Assembly: GCA_965232875.1 (NCBI GenBank)
Contig: OZ247431.1
Location: 2,744,376-2,808,375 of the forward strand
Direction of reading: 5' to 3'
DNA length: 64,000 bases
Origin: Dehalococcoidia bacterium
GTDB lineage: Bacteria > Chloroflexota > Dehalococcoidia > Bin125
The notes below the pieces were generated by a model. That model was not told the origin of the DNA. It searched no databases and was given only the letters and a program-made list of their open reading frames with translations. Every line of letters starts with the position of its first letter. Within the stretch, counting starts at the first letter, position 1. The position numbers and the translations under genes were made by a program. This document shows, one piece after another, positions 55,301 through 63,365 of this stretch.

Positions 55301-58300
55301 ACCCCGGCGGCGCCTCCGCCGGAGCCGCTCATGTTGAGCGTCACTCCGAGCGCGACGACCTGCCTGACGGGCGGATCGGTCACAGTGGATTGGAGCGTGA
55401 CGGGCGGCTCCGGCAAGTACGAGGTCAGCGTCGACGGCGATCAGCAGTCGGGCGCCTCGGCGGAGGTGACGTGTCAGGCGACGGCGGGCGAGCAATCAGT
55501 CACGGTGGTAGCCAAGGACAAGGAGCACGCGACGCTGACCGATACGCAAACGATCACGCTGACCGTGACTCAGCCCACGGTGGAAGCGCCGACGATGCTC
55601 AGGTTCGTCGCGGAAGCGACCAAGTTGACGCTGACATGGGAGGGTCCGGACGATGCGACCGGCTACGGCGTGCGGATCGACGGCGGCGCAGAGATGAAGG
55701 TTTCGGCGAAGACCAAGAGCCATCCGTTCCGAGATCTGACGCCGAGCACGAAGTACCAGCTGGAGGTGCGCGCCTACATCGACGCCGACTATTCGGTCTG
55801 GTCGAGCATCGAAGAAACGACGCTGGCGCCGCCGCCGCTGGTCTTGACCGCTAAAGTCAAGCCGACCAGTTGCGAGACCGGAGGCGAGGTCACGGTGAGC
55901 TGGACGGTGACGGGCGGCTCGGACTCGTACACGGTGAGCGTCGACGGCAAGAAGAAGTCGGGCGCCTCAGCGAAGGTGACGTGTCAGGCGACGGCCGGGA
56001 CGCAGAGCGTCAAGGTGAAGGCGACCGACGCGACCTATCTGCAGCTGACGGCGACCCGGACGCTCAGTCTGACGGTGACGAAGCCGGCCCCGCCGACCAC
56101 GGCGACGGCGCAGATTCAGGCGCGTCGGCTGACCGATCACCGGGTCGAATTCCGCCTGCGCCTCGCGGACGGCACGGAGGAGACAACGGCCAAGCGGTAC
56201 CTCAAGCTGCCTGAGATTACAGCGGGACGTTGGTACTTGAGCAGCGCCTTCACCACGTCGATTGAAGGGGTCGAGTACGCGCTCGGCGTGGTCTCAGCGA
56301 GGCTGGACAACACGGTCTGTCCGGCGTTCGTTGCAGTGACATTCATCCCCACGGGCGGCGAGCGGATCACGCCGACGCAGTACAAGCTGCCGGTCAATCG
56401 CGCGGCGGACCTGTGGGGGAAGACATCGGAGTTCGCCGTGCCGCTGAAGCCCGCCTCGGCAGCGCTCCAACTCGCTCAGTCGGACGCGGGTTACCGGATG
56501 GTTGCAGCGCCCGAGGAAGCCAAAGACGGTCCCGGCCGCGAGGGCGGACTGATGCTGGGCGACGCGCCCGATGCGCTCACCGCCGCTCAAGGCGACAAGG
56601 CCGAGACCATCTGTACCGCTCAGCCGACGGGTCTACAGATCGGCGCCCTGACCAGCAGCAGTGTGCGGCTGAGCTGGCAAGCGGTCAGCGGCGCGAGTGA
56701 GTATGACGTTGCAGTCGATCAGGAAACGTCACAGATGGTGGCATCGACTCAGCGATATCACGACTTCACAGGACTGGCCGCCGATACGGATCACATGCTG
56801 CGGGTGCGCGCTCGCAGTTGGCGGGGTTCCTCGGAGTGGAGCAGCAAGGCCATCCGCACAACAGTGTCGAGTGTTCCGGTGGTCACGATCACGAGTGGCG
56901 CATCGCCGATCGATGAAGGCGACAACGCGAGCTTCACGGTCGCGACTGACCGAGCGGCAACGACGGCGTTGACGGTCAAGCTGTCAGTCACCGAGAGCGG
57001 GGCGATGATCAGCGGCGCGCCGCCAGCGGAGGCGACGATTGCATCTGGTGCGCGCACCGCGAGCGTAACGGTTGCGACTGAGGACGATGAACGAGACGAG
57101 TCCGACAGCGTCGTCACCGCGAAGCTGGTCGCGGGAAGCGGCTACCGTCCGGGTTCGCCCAGTAGCGCTGCGGTGACGGTGAGCGACGACGATGGCCAGG
57201 TGTCCGCGCTCACGCTGACCATTTCCGCGTCGCCAACTGGTTGCGAGACCGGCGGTGAGGTGACGGTCAGTTGGGCCGTGACCGGCGGCTCCGGCTCGCA
57301 CGTGGTCACGGTCGACGGCGATGCGCAAACCGGCTCGTCAACCAAGGTGACTTGTCAGGCGACGGCGGGCACGCAGACGGTCACCGTACAGGCGACCGAT
57401 CAGACTCACACCGATTTGACTACGACCGAAACGCTCACGTTGACGGTAACGGACCCGCTCACGCTGACTGCTACGGCGTCGCCGACCAGTTGCGAGACGG
57501 GCGGCGAGGTGACGGTCAGTTGGACCGTGAGCGGCGGCTCCGGCTCGCACGCGGTGACGGTCGACGGCGATGCGCAAACCGGCTCGTTAACCAAGGTGAC
57601 GTGTCAGGCGACGGCGGGCACGCAGACGGTCACCGTACAGGCGACCGATCAGACTCACACGGATTTGACTACGACCGAAACGCTTACCTTGACAGTGGCG
57701 GACCCGGTCACGCTGACCGCTTCGGCGTCGCCGACCAGTTGCGAGACCGGCGGTGAGGTGACGGTCAGTTGGACCGTGAGCGGCGGTTCGGGCTCGCACA
57801 CCGTGACCGTTGATGGTACGGCGCGGAGTGGTTCTTCAACCAAGCTGACCTGTCAAGCGACGGCGGGCACGCAGACGATCACGGTGAAGGCAACCGATCA
57901 GACTCACACCAATCGATCCGCCACGAAGACGCTCAACTTGACCGTGACGAAGCCAGCGCCGCCCAGCACGGTCGAGGCCAAGCTGTGGGCGCGGCGGCTG
58001 TCGGACAATCGGATCGAGCTAGATCTGCGCGTTGCGCGCGGCGCCCTAAGCGCTCTGAGCAAGCGTTTCGCCCAGCCTCCCAAGATGACCGATCTCAGGT
58101 GGAAGCAGGGCGAGACGCTGAGCGTCACGATCGACGACCGCGAATATACGCTCGGCCGAATCTCAGCGCGGCTGCAGAATGACCGCTGCCCGTCCCGGGT
58201 GGAGGTTGGATTCTTGCCGACCAGCGGCGCGCGGCTGCTGCCGGGCATGCGATTCATCGAGACCAACTCGACCGTGAACGCATGGCGGTCCAGCGCCGCG

Positions 58301-59755
58301 TTCGAGATCACGCTGGCGGCTCCAGCGTCGGACTCGTTGGTCGACGCCGCCGATGATCAGGGGCGTGCCGGCGACTGGCTCGACGACACGCCCGATGCGA
58401 CGAATGCGGGACCGGGCACGGACGGCGGACTGATGAGCGGCGAGGCGCGGAGCGATGAACAGGTCGAGCGCGCGAGGAGCGAGGCGCAGGCGAACGGGAC
58501 GCCGGTCTGTCCGTCGGCGCCGGCCGGGCTGAGCGCGAGCGACGTGCAGACCGACCGGATCACGCTGAGTTGGACCGCCGTCTTAGGCGCGAGTCAGTAC
58601 GACGTTCAGCGCGACGGCGTCGGCATCGGTTCGGCGACGACGAACTCCATTGAGTCCACCGGGTTGCGTCCCAACCGCAGCTATAGCTTCCGGGTGCGGA
58701 CGCGGGACGCCTGGGGCGCGTCCAGCTGGAGCAGCTGGTCCGAGACGACGCTTCCGTTGGCTCCAGCAAAGCCGTCCGGCCTGCAGGCGACGGAGACGAC
58801 CGACAGCATCACCCTGACGTGGAGCTCGGCTCTGCGCGCGACTGGCTACCAAGTACGACTTGAGTCGGGTAGCGCCAAGTCGCCCAGCGATCCTCCCCGC
58901 CGTCACACGTTTGGCGGACTGAATCCCGACAAACAGTACAGACTGTACGTTCGGGCCACGAATCGCGGCGGCGAGTCGGGCTGGGTTCCGATAGTAGGAA
59001 CGACCAAACCGACCCCGGTATCACTCTCCGCTTCGGTCAGTCCGACCGGTTGCGAGTCTGGCGAGTCGGTCACAGTGCAGTGGAGCGTCTCCGGCGGTTC
59101 GGGCTCATACCGGGTGACGGTCGGCGGGGTCGCGAAGACGGGTGGTTCGGCCAAGGTGATCTGTCGGCAGACGGCGGGGACGCAGACGATCGCCGTCGTG
59201 GCGACCGATACCAAGCACACGACCCTGAGCGACTCCGAGAGCTTGTCCGTCACAGTTAAGTCTCCGCCGACGGTGACCGGGCAGGTCGCAGCGAGGTTGC
59301 TGAGCTCGGGAAGAGTCGAATTGGCCTTCAGACCGACGGGCGGCAGCCGGATCTTACCGACGTTACGGTTCTACACGCCCGACACGACGAAGCTGACCAA
59401 GTGGACGTCGTCCAGCGACGTCAATGGCCCGGCGGGGACAGAAAAGAACCGGCTGCTGGGCCAGATCACGGTCAAGCACATTAAGACGACGAGCAGCTAC
59501 TACGTGGATGTCTGCTTCCGGCCGGCCGGTTCCAGTCAGCGCATCTGTCCGTCCAAGAACAACTTCTACTACAAGACGGCAACCGTAGATCGTTGGTTGT
59601 ACACGGGCACGGTCACATTCAAGCCGCTGCGAGTGTCCGCCATCAGCGTGGAGAGCGTCCAAGACGGCGCGGCGGACGCGCAAATGCAACCAATTGCCGA
59701 CGGCGAAGCCGACAGCGTAGGCGCAGAAGGCGGCTTGATGTCCGACGAAGAGTGA
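52343..59755 (+). CDS. giant (2470 aa) secreted multidomain protein with metzincin-like HEXXHXXGXXD motif, fibronectin-III-like domains and tandem Ig-like repeats
   Basis: N-terminal TM/signal (MTLRLFLFAVVVGLATALGVLGG). HELGHVLGLDD (snapalysin-type HExxHxxGxxD). FN3-like segments (LSASDVQTDRITLSWTAVLGASQYDVQRDG...). Three near-identical 83-aa tandem repeats plus three diverged copies. Three copies of a second about 110-aa module. Confidence 0.85.
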   Translation: MTLRLFLFAVVVGLATALGVLGGFAHKIESRVTLGPNRSETLSQPHQPAWHADASTWTGAKRLLNPNVIEGRSTTICTEDATLVGALNTAAQRWKDALKQSYILLAVVDDGSDGPLTPCTSSVDFDVLLRRADDSDMDCIEAPACYVYIPKKSKHRRLFSHEGSSEYSLLLWRRADASVSTMVHELGHVLGLDDYAESDKVETNNCDHFRDVAVDSLGDHFSVMTYSGDTPECRTHGVITGRDLRDFYEAYHVGPLTGVKMKGAVTVTSSKRVNATFYWGETGALELSHNAKYVLAQRKRGEGWDTVGSAEAFKKNGEPREMISIIHCDGIASQYRLVGASAFRMGLKRFVDQDSLAAPLATLVEDPPSSCGTSLESDESSTGAQVAIGDASFVVGVAAWNGKDDGDDWCTGKDNCPLVLSASVTRSYCYTGAVRPKIIFTPSGGESDSDPYIAITGGHVPPPTLKAPPPVPQCHLTEGTASFTVTARWGLKADDPSRSIVLPVRVIARPKPIGAINESGGIGVSVLTVPAHESPSGEDVLLRTTYCLAGEEVRIVNSEHAMSLWLDGDLQTGTSVVTQCPVQDASLDILSLRRDGGGREVQVPSLEQLGAPFLNSSVTCMAGGMTTAVFTISGGQPPYGVTLRGGLAEVVRSTQRDGLTTVPIECPRRSVSGQSLSVHVVDNGSRSARADTQLRVSCPGTIGMPSTPSVEPGTIKSSSVALSWTEVLCAEEYEVSYEKVGGDGQLMTKRTAHLSVPVDGLLANTAYRFVVRARVGSSWSAPSAGVSVQTAPAAPSLKVDFRSWAGDEGGSYRVDVSWPQVPGATSYSDVSDVSPGEVSPARIGASQGPNCRKGASDVEWICENLAPDQMYEIAARAVNSNGDASDPGTVAFCLGPCEVRVSEISASGVRVDWEGLFDPAYFQEVRILENGGAVANHGGRSIGITIPSSKIDKGKGLKAETTYRAEVRTWYTPKSGWGAWAGVEFTTPAAPPPEPLMLSVTPSATTCLTGGSVTVDWSVTGGSGKYEVSVDGDQQSGASAEVTCQATAGEQSVTVVAKDKEHATLTDTQTITLTVTQPTVEAPTMLRFVAEATKLTLTWEGPDDATGYGVRIDGGAEMKVSAKTKSHPFRDLTPSTKYQLEVRAYIDADYSVWSSIEETTLAPPPLVLTAKVKPTSCETGGEVTVSWTVTGGSDSYTVSVDGKKKSGASAKVTCQATAGTQSVKVKATDATYLQLTATRTLSLTVTKPAPPTTATAQIQARRLTDHRVEFRLRLADGTEETTAKRYLKLPEITAGRWYLSSAFTTSIEGVEYALGVVSARLDNTVCPAFVAVTFIPTGGERITPTQYKLPVNRAADLWGKTSEFAVPLKPASAALQLAQSDAGYRMVAAPEEAKDGPGREGGLMLGDAPDALTAAQGDKAETICTAQPTGLQIGALTSSSVRLSWQAVSGASEYDVAVDQETSQMVASTQRYHDFTGLAADTDHMLRVRARSWRGSSEWSSKAIRTTVSSVPVVTITSGASPIDEGDNASFTVATDRAATTALTVKLSVTESGAMISGAPPAEATIASGARTASVTVATEDDERDESDSVVTAKLVAGSGYRPGSPSSAAVTVSDDDGQVSALTLTISASPTGCETGGEVTVSWAVTGGSGSHVVTVDGDAQTGSSTKVTCQATAGTQTVTVQATDQTHTDLTTTETLTLTVTDPLTLTATASPTSCETGGEVTVSWTVSGGSGSHAVTVDGDAQTGSLTKVTCQATAGTQTVTVQATDQTHTDLTTTETLTLTVADPVTLTASASPTSCETGGEVTVSWTVSGGSGSHTVTVDGTARSGSSTKLTCQATAGTQTITVKATDQTHTNRSATKTLNLTVTKPAPPSTVEAKLWARRLSDNRIELDLRVARGALSALSKRFAQPPKMTDLRWKQGETLSVTIDDREYTLGRISARLQNDRCPSRVEVGFLPTSGARLLPGMRFIETNSTVNAWRSSAAFEITLAAPASDSLVDAADDQGRAGDWLDDTPDATNAGPGTDGGLMSGEARSDEQVERARSEAQANGTPVCPSAPAGLSASDVQTDRITLSWTAVLGASQYDVQRDGVGIGSATTNSIESTGLRPNRSYSFRVRTRDAWGASSWSSWSETTLPLAPAKPSGLQATETTDSITLTWSSALRATGYQVRLESGSAKSPSDPPRRHTFGGLNPDKQYRLYVRATNRGGESGWVPIVGTTKPTPVSLSASVSPTGCESGESVTVQWSVSGGSGSYRVTVGGVAKTGGSAKVICRQTAGTQTIAVVATDTKHTTLSDSESLSVTVKSPPTVTGQVAARLLSSGRVELAFRPTGGSRILPTLRFYTPDTTKLTKWTSSSDVNGPAGTEKNRLLGQITVKHIKTTSSYYVDVCFRPAGSSQRICPSKNNFYYKTATVDRWLYTGTVTFKPLRVSAISVESVQDGAADAQMQPIADGEADSVGAEGGLMSDEE
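57205..57960 (+). repeat. three near-identical tandem copies of an about 250-bp (83-aa) domain-coding unit inside the giant gene
   Basis: The units start at about 57207, 57458 and 57707 (..CACGCTGAC..GCGTCGCCRACYGGTTGCGAGACSGGCGGYGAGGTGACGGTCAGTTGG..) with over 90% nucleotide identity. Diverged copies lie at about 55320-55570, 55830-56080 and 59020-59280. Confidence 0.85.
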
Positions 59756-59811
59756 GCAACCGACTTTTCGCATCGTCCGCAGGCACGAAAAAAGACGGTC
59801 ACATATGGACC

Positions 59812-59857
59812 GGGGGAGGCCGCCGCGCATCGGTTGATGCGCGACGACCTCCCCCCC
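59812..59857 (-). terminator. GC-rich hairpin (GGGGGAGGCCGCCGCGCATC-ggtt-GATGCGCGACGACCTCCCCC) between the convergent giant gene and the SNF2 gene
   Basis: Read directly. On the minus strand it is followed within about 15 nt by TCTTTTTTCG. Likely terminator for the SNF2 gene and possibly bidirectional. Confidence 0.45.
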
Positions 59858-59887
59858 GATCAAGACGGGGGCAGCCTTCCCTCCCAG

Positions 59888-62251
59888 CTACCCGCCCGCA
59901 GCGGCGAGGCCGGCCTGCTGCTCGCGTTCGAGCGCCCACTCGAAGAGTGAGGTCGAGGGTTGGGCCTGCTTGCGCGCGCGACGCCTGGTCGGCTGGGGCT
60001 TGTCGGCGAGGAACTCGGCCCAAGAGAATAAGTCCTGCTGCTGCGGTCCGTTGCCTGTGTGATGCTCGCATGGGATGACCGCGACGCTGGACTCTGCGTC
60101 GACCGTTGCGCCGACCGGCGGCGCGAGCGGTTCCGGCGTTGGTTCGACCGGTCGCCAGGAATCGTCGACCAGCAGCGCATCAGCGTCCGCCGCGACCTGC
60201 TGCGTTTGAGCGAAGATCGACTCGACCGATTCCGAGTCGTCCTCTTCCCCCGAGACCAGCTTGCGGGCCAGGGCCATCATCAGGTCGTCGCCGGTGTCGC
60301 CGTAGGCGGCCAGCCCGTCCTCGGGCAGCTCGCCCTCGACCGCGAGCGAGGATTGCAGCTTCTGCGCCACGAGCTTGAGCGCGTCGGCCTGCAGCGTGTT
60401 GCGGTAAGCCATGAACACGACCTTGACCGGTCGCGTCTGGCCGATGCGCCAGCTGCGGCGCGAGGCCTGGCGCATGGTGTAGACCGAGTAATCGGTTTCG
60501 TACCAACAGATGGTCGGAAACGCGATCAGGTCGAGCCCGGTCTGAACCAGCCTGGGGTGGCAGATGAGGACATCGACGCCTTCGGCGACCCGCTTGGCGA
60601 CCCAGGCCTCGCGTTGCTTCGGCTCAACCCGGTCGGCCTTCATCACCGCCGTCTTGAAGCCGTGCCGGGTGAGCAGCGTCTCCAGCCGTCCGCTGATGTC
60701 GCGTGTCCCGGTGTGGGTGGCGTAGACGAGCACACGTCGCCCGGCCAGACGCTCCTGGGCGACCAGATCAATCAGCTGCTGCTCCTTGGGATAGACGCGC
60801 TCGGCGTCGAGCGGCGGCAGTTGCACGATCAGGTCGCCCGTGTCGGGGTCGAACACCGACTCGCCCCTGGCGCAGCCCTCGGGATAGGCGAGCAGCGCCT
60901 GCAAGTAGGTCGAGAGCAGCCGCGCCGAGCCGCGCTCGATCGCCTGCAGCAACGCCCGCTTGAGGTCCGTGGCGAGGAGCCGGTAGGCCGAAGCCTGTGA
61001 GAGGCCGTGGACGCCTGCCTCGGTGTCCATGCTCGCGACCTGGATCTGCTCCTCGTAGGCGGGCAGCGCATCGGCGACGTCGGCCAGCCTGAGGAAGAGC
61101 GAGTGGCCGATGATGTGGAACAGCGCCGCCGGCGCCATCCCCGGCCGCTCCTTGACCTGCTTGCGGTAGTTGCGCCGCCGCGAGACGGAGCCGTCTTCGG
61201 TCGGGTCGTCGTCGCGGTCGTGGCGCACGCGCTGCTCGAGGAAGCCGTATCGCTCGACCCACTTGCGCTCCTCTGAGTGTCCGAACTCCGAGCGGATCTC
61301 GGGCGAGAACCGATAGAGCAGGTGGAAGAGGGTGGAGGCGTAGCCGCCCATCAGGGTGCCCGACAGGGCCAGCGACTTGCCGCAGGCGTCGGCCAGGATG
61401 CCGGCCGAGACGCCCTGGGCCGAACCGCGACCCTTGTGTTCGTGCACCTCGTCCACGATCAAGAGGTCGAAGTAACCGCGCATGCGCTGCTTGACGTAGT
61501 CGGCCAGCGGGTACTTGCGCGGACCCTGGCCGGGTGTTCGGCGGGCGATCAGACCGGCGTTGTCGTCGGTCGTCACGGTCTGCGCCGGCCGCGCCTCCGC
61601 CGTCCACAGGGGCGTCCCACAGTTAGGACAGGTGTGACGCTTCTTGTCCAACTGCTTGTGCGGGACGGGGACGCCTTCGGCGTCCACGATCTGCTGGGTG
61701 CAGTCGGGGCAGGCCGGAGTCATGATGAACTCCCCGGTCTCCTCGTCGTGGACGAGGTTGCCGTCTTCATCCTTGAGCCGGCGCATCCAATAGGCGGGAC
61801 GGAAGCGGTGCCCGAGCTTGGCCCGCGAGTGCGACATGACCACATACTGAGGGCCGGAGCCCTCTTGGCGCTGCAGCTGCTCCAAATCGGTGATCGAGTC
61901 GGCAATGCCGGTGCGGACCAACGGGATGGTCTCTTCGATCTCGCGCTGCCACTTGCCGACCAAGTGCGGCGGGCAGAGCACGAGCACACGCCGGAAGCCG
62001 GCCAGCTGGGCGGCGGCGATGGCGATGAACGTCTTGCCCACGCCCATCTCGCCGACCACGGTGGTGCCGCGCTGCTCGGTCAGGCTCAGCGCGGCGCCGC
62101 GGATCGCGGTCTCCTGGGCGCCCATCGGCCGGCGCTTGAGTTGGGGCATCGGGCGGTCGTCGGCCGCCGGGCGGTACTTGGGTGGGTAGCTGTGGACGAT
62201 CCGCTTCGTGATCGCCTCGCGGTAAGTGTCGATGAACTCTGAGAGGTTCAC
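59888..62251 (-). CDS. SNF2/RAD54-family helicase with a zinc-ribbon insertion
   Basis: Motif I GEMGVGKT, motif II DEVHEHKG (DExH), C-terminal helicase domain, and an inserted CPDC...CPNC zinc ribbon between motifs Ia and II. The exact start is uncertain. Confidence 0.8.
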   Translation of the reverse strand: MNLSEFIDTYREAITKRIVHSYPPKYRPAADDRPMPQLKRRPMGAQETAIRGAALSLTEQRGTTVVGEMGVGKTFIAIAAAQLAGFRRVLVLCPPHLVGKWQREIEETIPLVRTGIADSITDLEQLQRQEGSGPQYVVMSHSRAKLGHRFRPAYWMRRLKDEDGNLVHDEETGEFIMTPACPDCTQQIVDAEGVPVPHKQLDKKRHTCPNCGTPLWTAEARPAQTVTTDDNAGLIARRTPGQGPRKYPLADYVKQRMRGYFDLLIVDEVHEHKGRGSAQGVSAGILADACGKSLALSGTLMGGYASTLFHLLYRFSPEIRSEFGHSEERKWVERYGFLEQRVRHDRDDDPTEDGSVSRRRNYRKQVKERPGMAPAALFHIIGHSLFLRLADVADALPAYEEQIQVASMDTEAGVHGLSQASAYRLLATDLKRALLQAIERGSARLLSTYLQALLAYPEGCARGESVFDPDTGDLIVQLPPLDAERVYPKEQQLIDLVAQERLAGRRVLVYATHTGTRDISGRLETLLTRHGFKTAVMKADRVEPKQREAWVAKRVAEGVDVLICHPRLVQTGLDLIAFPTICWYETDYSVYTMRQASRRSWRIGQTRPVKVVFMAYRNTLQADALKLVAQKLQSSLAVEGELPEDGLAAYGDTGDDLMMALARKLVSGEEDDSESVESIFAQTQQVAADADALLVDDSWRPVEPTPEPLAPPVGATVDAESSVAVIPCEHHTGNGPQQQDLFSWAEFLADKPQPTRRRARKQAQPSTSLFEWALEREQQAGLAAAGG

Positions 62252-62257
62252 GGTCGG

Positions 62258-62443
62258 TTACTCCTCGATGTGGGCCCGCGCGCCTCTGACGCAGTCGGGC
62301 AGGCTCTCGTAGTCGTCTTGGCTGCGGTTGCAGGCGCACCACCAGGAGAAGGCGCCCCTGCCGGTCTCGTTGCCGTGCTCGTCGATGGGCACGGTCTTGT
62401 CGAAGTAGATGTGGCAACCTTCGTCGTTCAGCCAGGGGTTCAT
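62258..62443 (-). CDS. small hypothetical protein (61 aa), immediately upstream of the SNF2 gene
   Basis: ORF only. Contains Cys and His residues. Plausibly translationally coupled. Confidence 0.3.
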   Translation of the reverse strand: MNPWLNDEGCHIYFDKTVPIDEHGNETGRGAFSWWCACNRSQDDYESLPDCVRGARAHIEE

Positions 62444-62502
62444 GGTTGTGGTTCCGTTCTAGCCCGACCCGCGCGGAGGCGGATCGGGCGGGTTGTGATG
62501 GT

Positions 62503-62694
62503 CTAGGCCGTGAGCGCCAGCGTCAGCTGCCGCTCGGGGGCGACGGCATCGAGGCGTTGGGCCAGGAGCTGGGCGTCCTTGCGATCGGCCAGGTCGTCAG
62601 GATCGATCCACTCGAGTGCGAGCAGTTCGGTGATGACCTGGCCGATCGTGACGTAGGCGTTGAGGTCCGGTAGCGACGGCGTGCGCTCAGGCAT
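62503..62694 (-). CDS. small hypothetical protein (about 64 aa from internal ATG)
   Basis: Only the C-terminal part of ORF 62503-62844 looks protein-like (MPERTPSLPDLNAYVTIGQVITELLALEWIDPDDL...). It overlaps the upstream small ORF by about 8 nt. Confidence 0.25.
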   Translation of the reverse strand: MPERTPSLPDLNAYVTIGQVITELLALEWIDPDDLADRKDAQLLAQRLDAVAPERQLTLALTA

Positions 62695-62920
62695 CGGCGG
62701 CCAGCCAGACCAGGTCGCTGGGCTGCCAGTCGACCAGTTCGACGCGGTCGTCGGGCCGCCAGTCGAACATTGGGCGCTCGCGCTCGCGGCCGCCGCGGGC
62801 CTCCTGCCGCGCGCAGGTCGCGCACTGGTCGAGGGGCAGGGCATCAGCGTCCGGCGTGTACGTCTGGTCGCCGACCTCGTAGGTCTCGCGGCAGAAGCCG
62901 CACTGGGTAGTCTGGGTCAT
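62687..62920 (-). CDS. small Cys-containing hypothetical protein (77 aa)
   Basis: ORF; CGFC...CATC pairs. Confidence 0.3.
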   Translation of the reverse strand: MTQTTQCGFCRETYEVGDQTYTPDADALPLDQCATCARQEARGGRERERPMFDWRPDDRVELVDWQPSDLVWLAADA

Positions 62921-62982
62921 GTCAGGTCTCCAAATCTGACTAGAGCGGGCGAGGGGTCACATCCCTCGCCCGCTCGCTTGGT

Positions 62983-63273
62983 TCAGTGGTTGCAATCGCA
63001 GGGGTCGGGCGACGCCAGCGACTGTTCGATCCGGCCGCAGTCCGAACACTCCCAGCGGGTGAATCCGTGCTGGTAGAACTGCCGCCAGGACTGGCGCTTC
63101 GGTTCGTCGTCCGTGATCCGGTCGACACTGCTAGGCGTGTGCTGCGTCATGTAGCCGCAACCGCCGCAGGGCGCTCGGACGACCTCGGTCTCGTGATAGC
63201 GGTAGTCGAAGTACTCGGCGGACGACTGGCGCCCGCAGCGGTCGCAGGCGTAGTGAACTCTGAGTCGGGGCAT
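62983..63273 (-). CDS. small multi-CxxC zinc-ribbon protein (96 aa)
   Basis: CDRC, CGGC, CSDC and CDC motifs. Typical of small phage/plasmid-borne zinc-binding proteins. Confidence 0.35.
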   Translation of the reverse strand: MPRLRVHYACDRCGRQSSAEYFDYRYHETEVVRAPCGGCGYMTQHTPSSVDRITDDEPKRQSWRQFYQHGFTRWECSDCGRIEQSLASPDPCDCNH

Positions 63274-63365
63274 GGTCGGTCTCCATTCAGGTGTGGGCGG
63301 TGTGGGCGGCTACGTGCGTCCGCCCGGCCGCGCTGAGGTCGTGAGCTTGGGTTCGTTCGGTCCCG

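Noticed and set aside
54458-55495. 345-aa and 213-aa minus-strand ORFs
   Set aside because: Antisense within the giant protein gene.
57205-57960. Possible CRISPR-like array suggested by regularly spaced near-identical repeats
   Set aside because: The units are about 250 bp and contiguous, with no spacers. They lie in frame within a 7.4-kb ORF and encode 83-aa protein domains. No cas genes are present.
60059-62242. 313-aa and 321-aa plus-strand ORFs and Arg-rich minus ORFs 60768-62417
   Set aside because: Antisense to or out of frame within the SNF2 helicase gene, which carries GxGKT and DEVH motifs.
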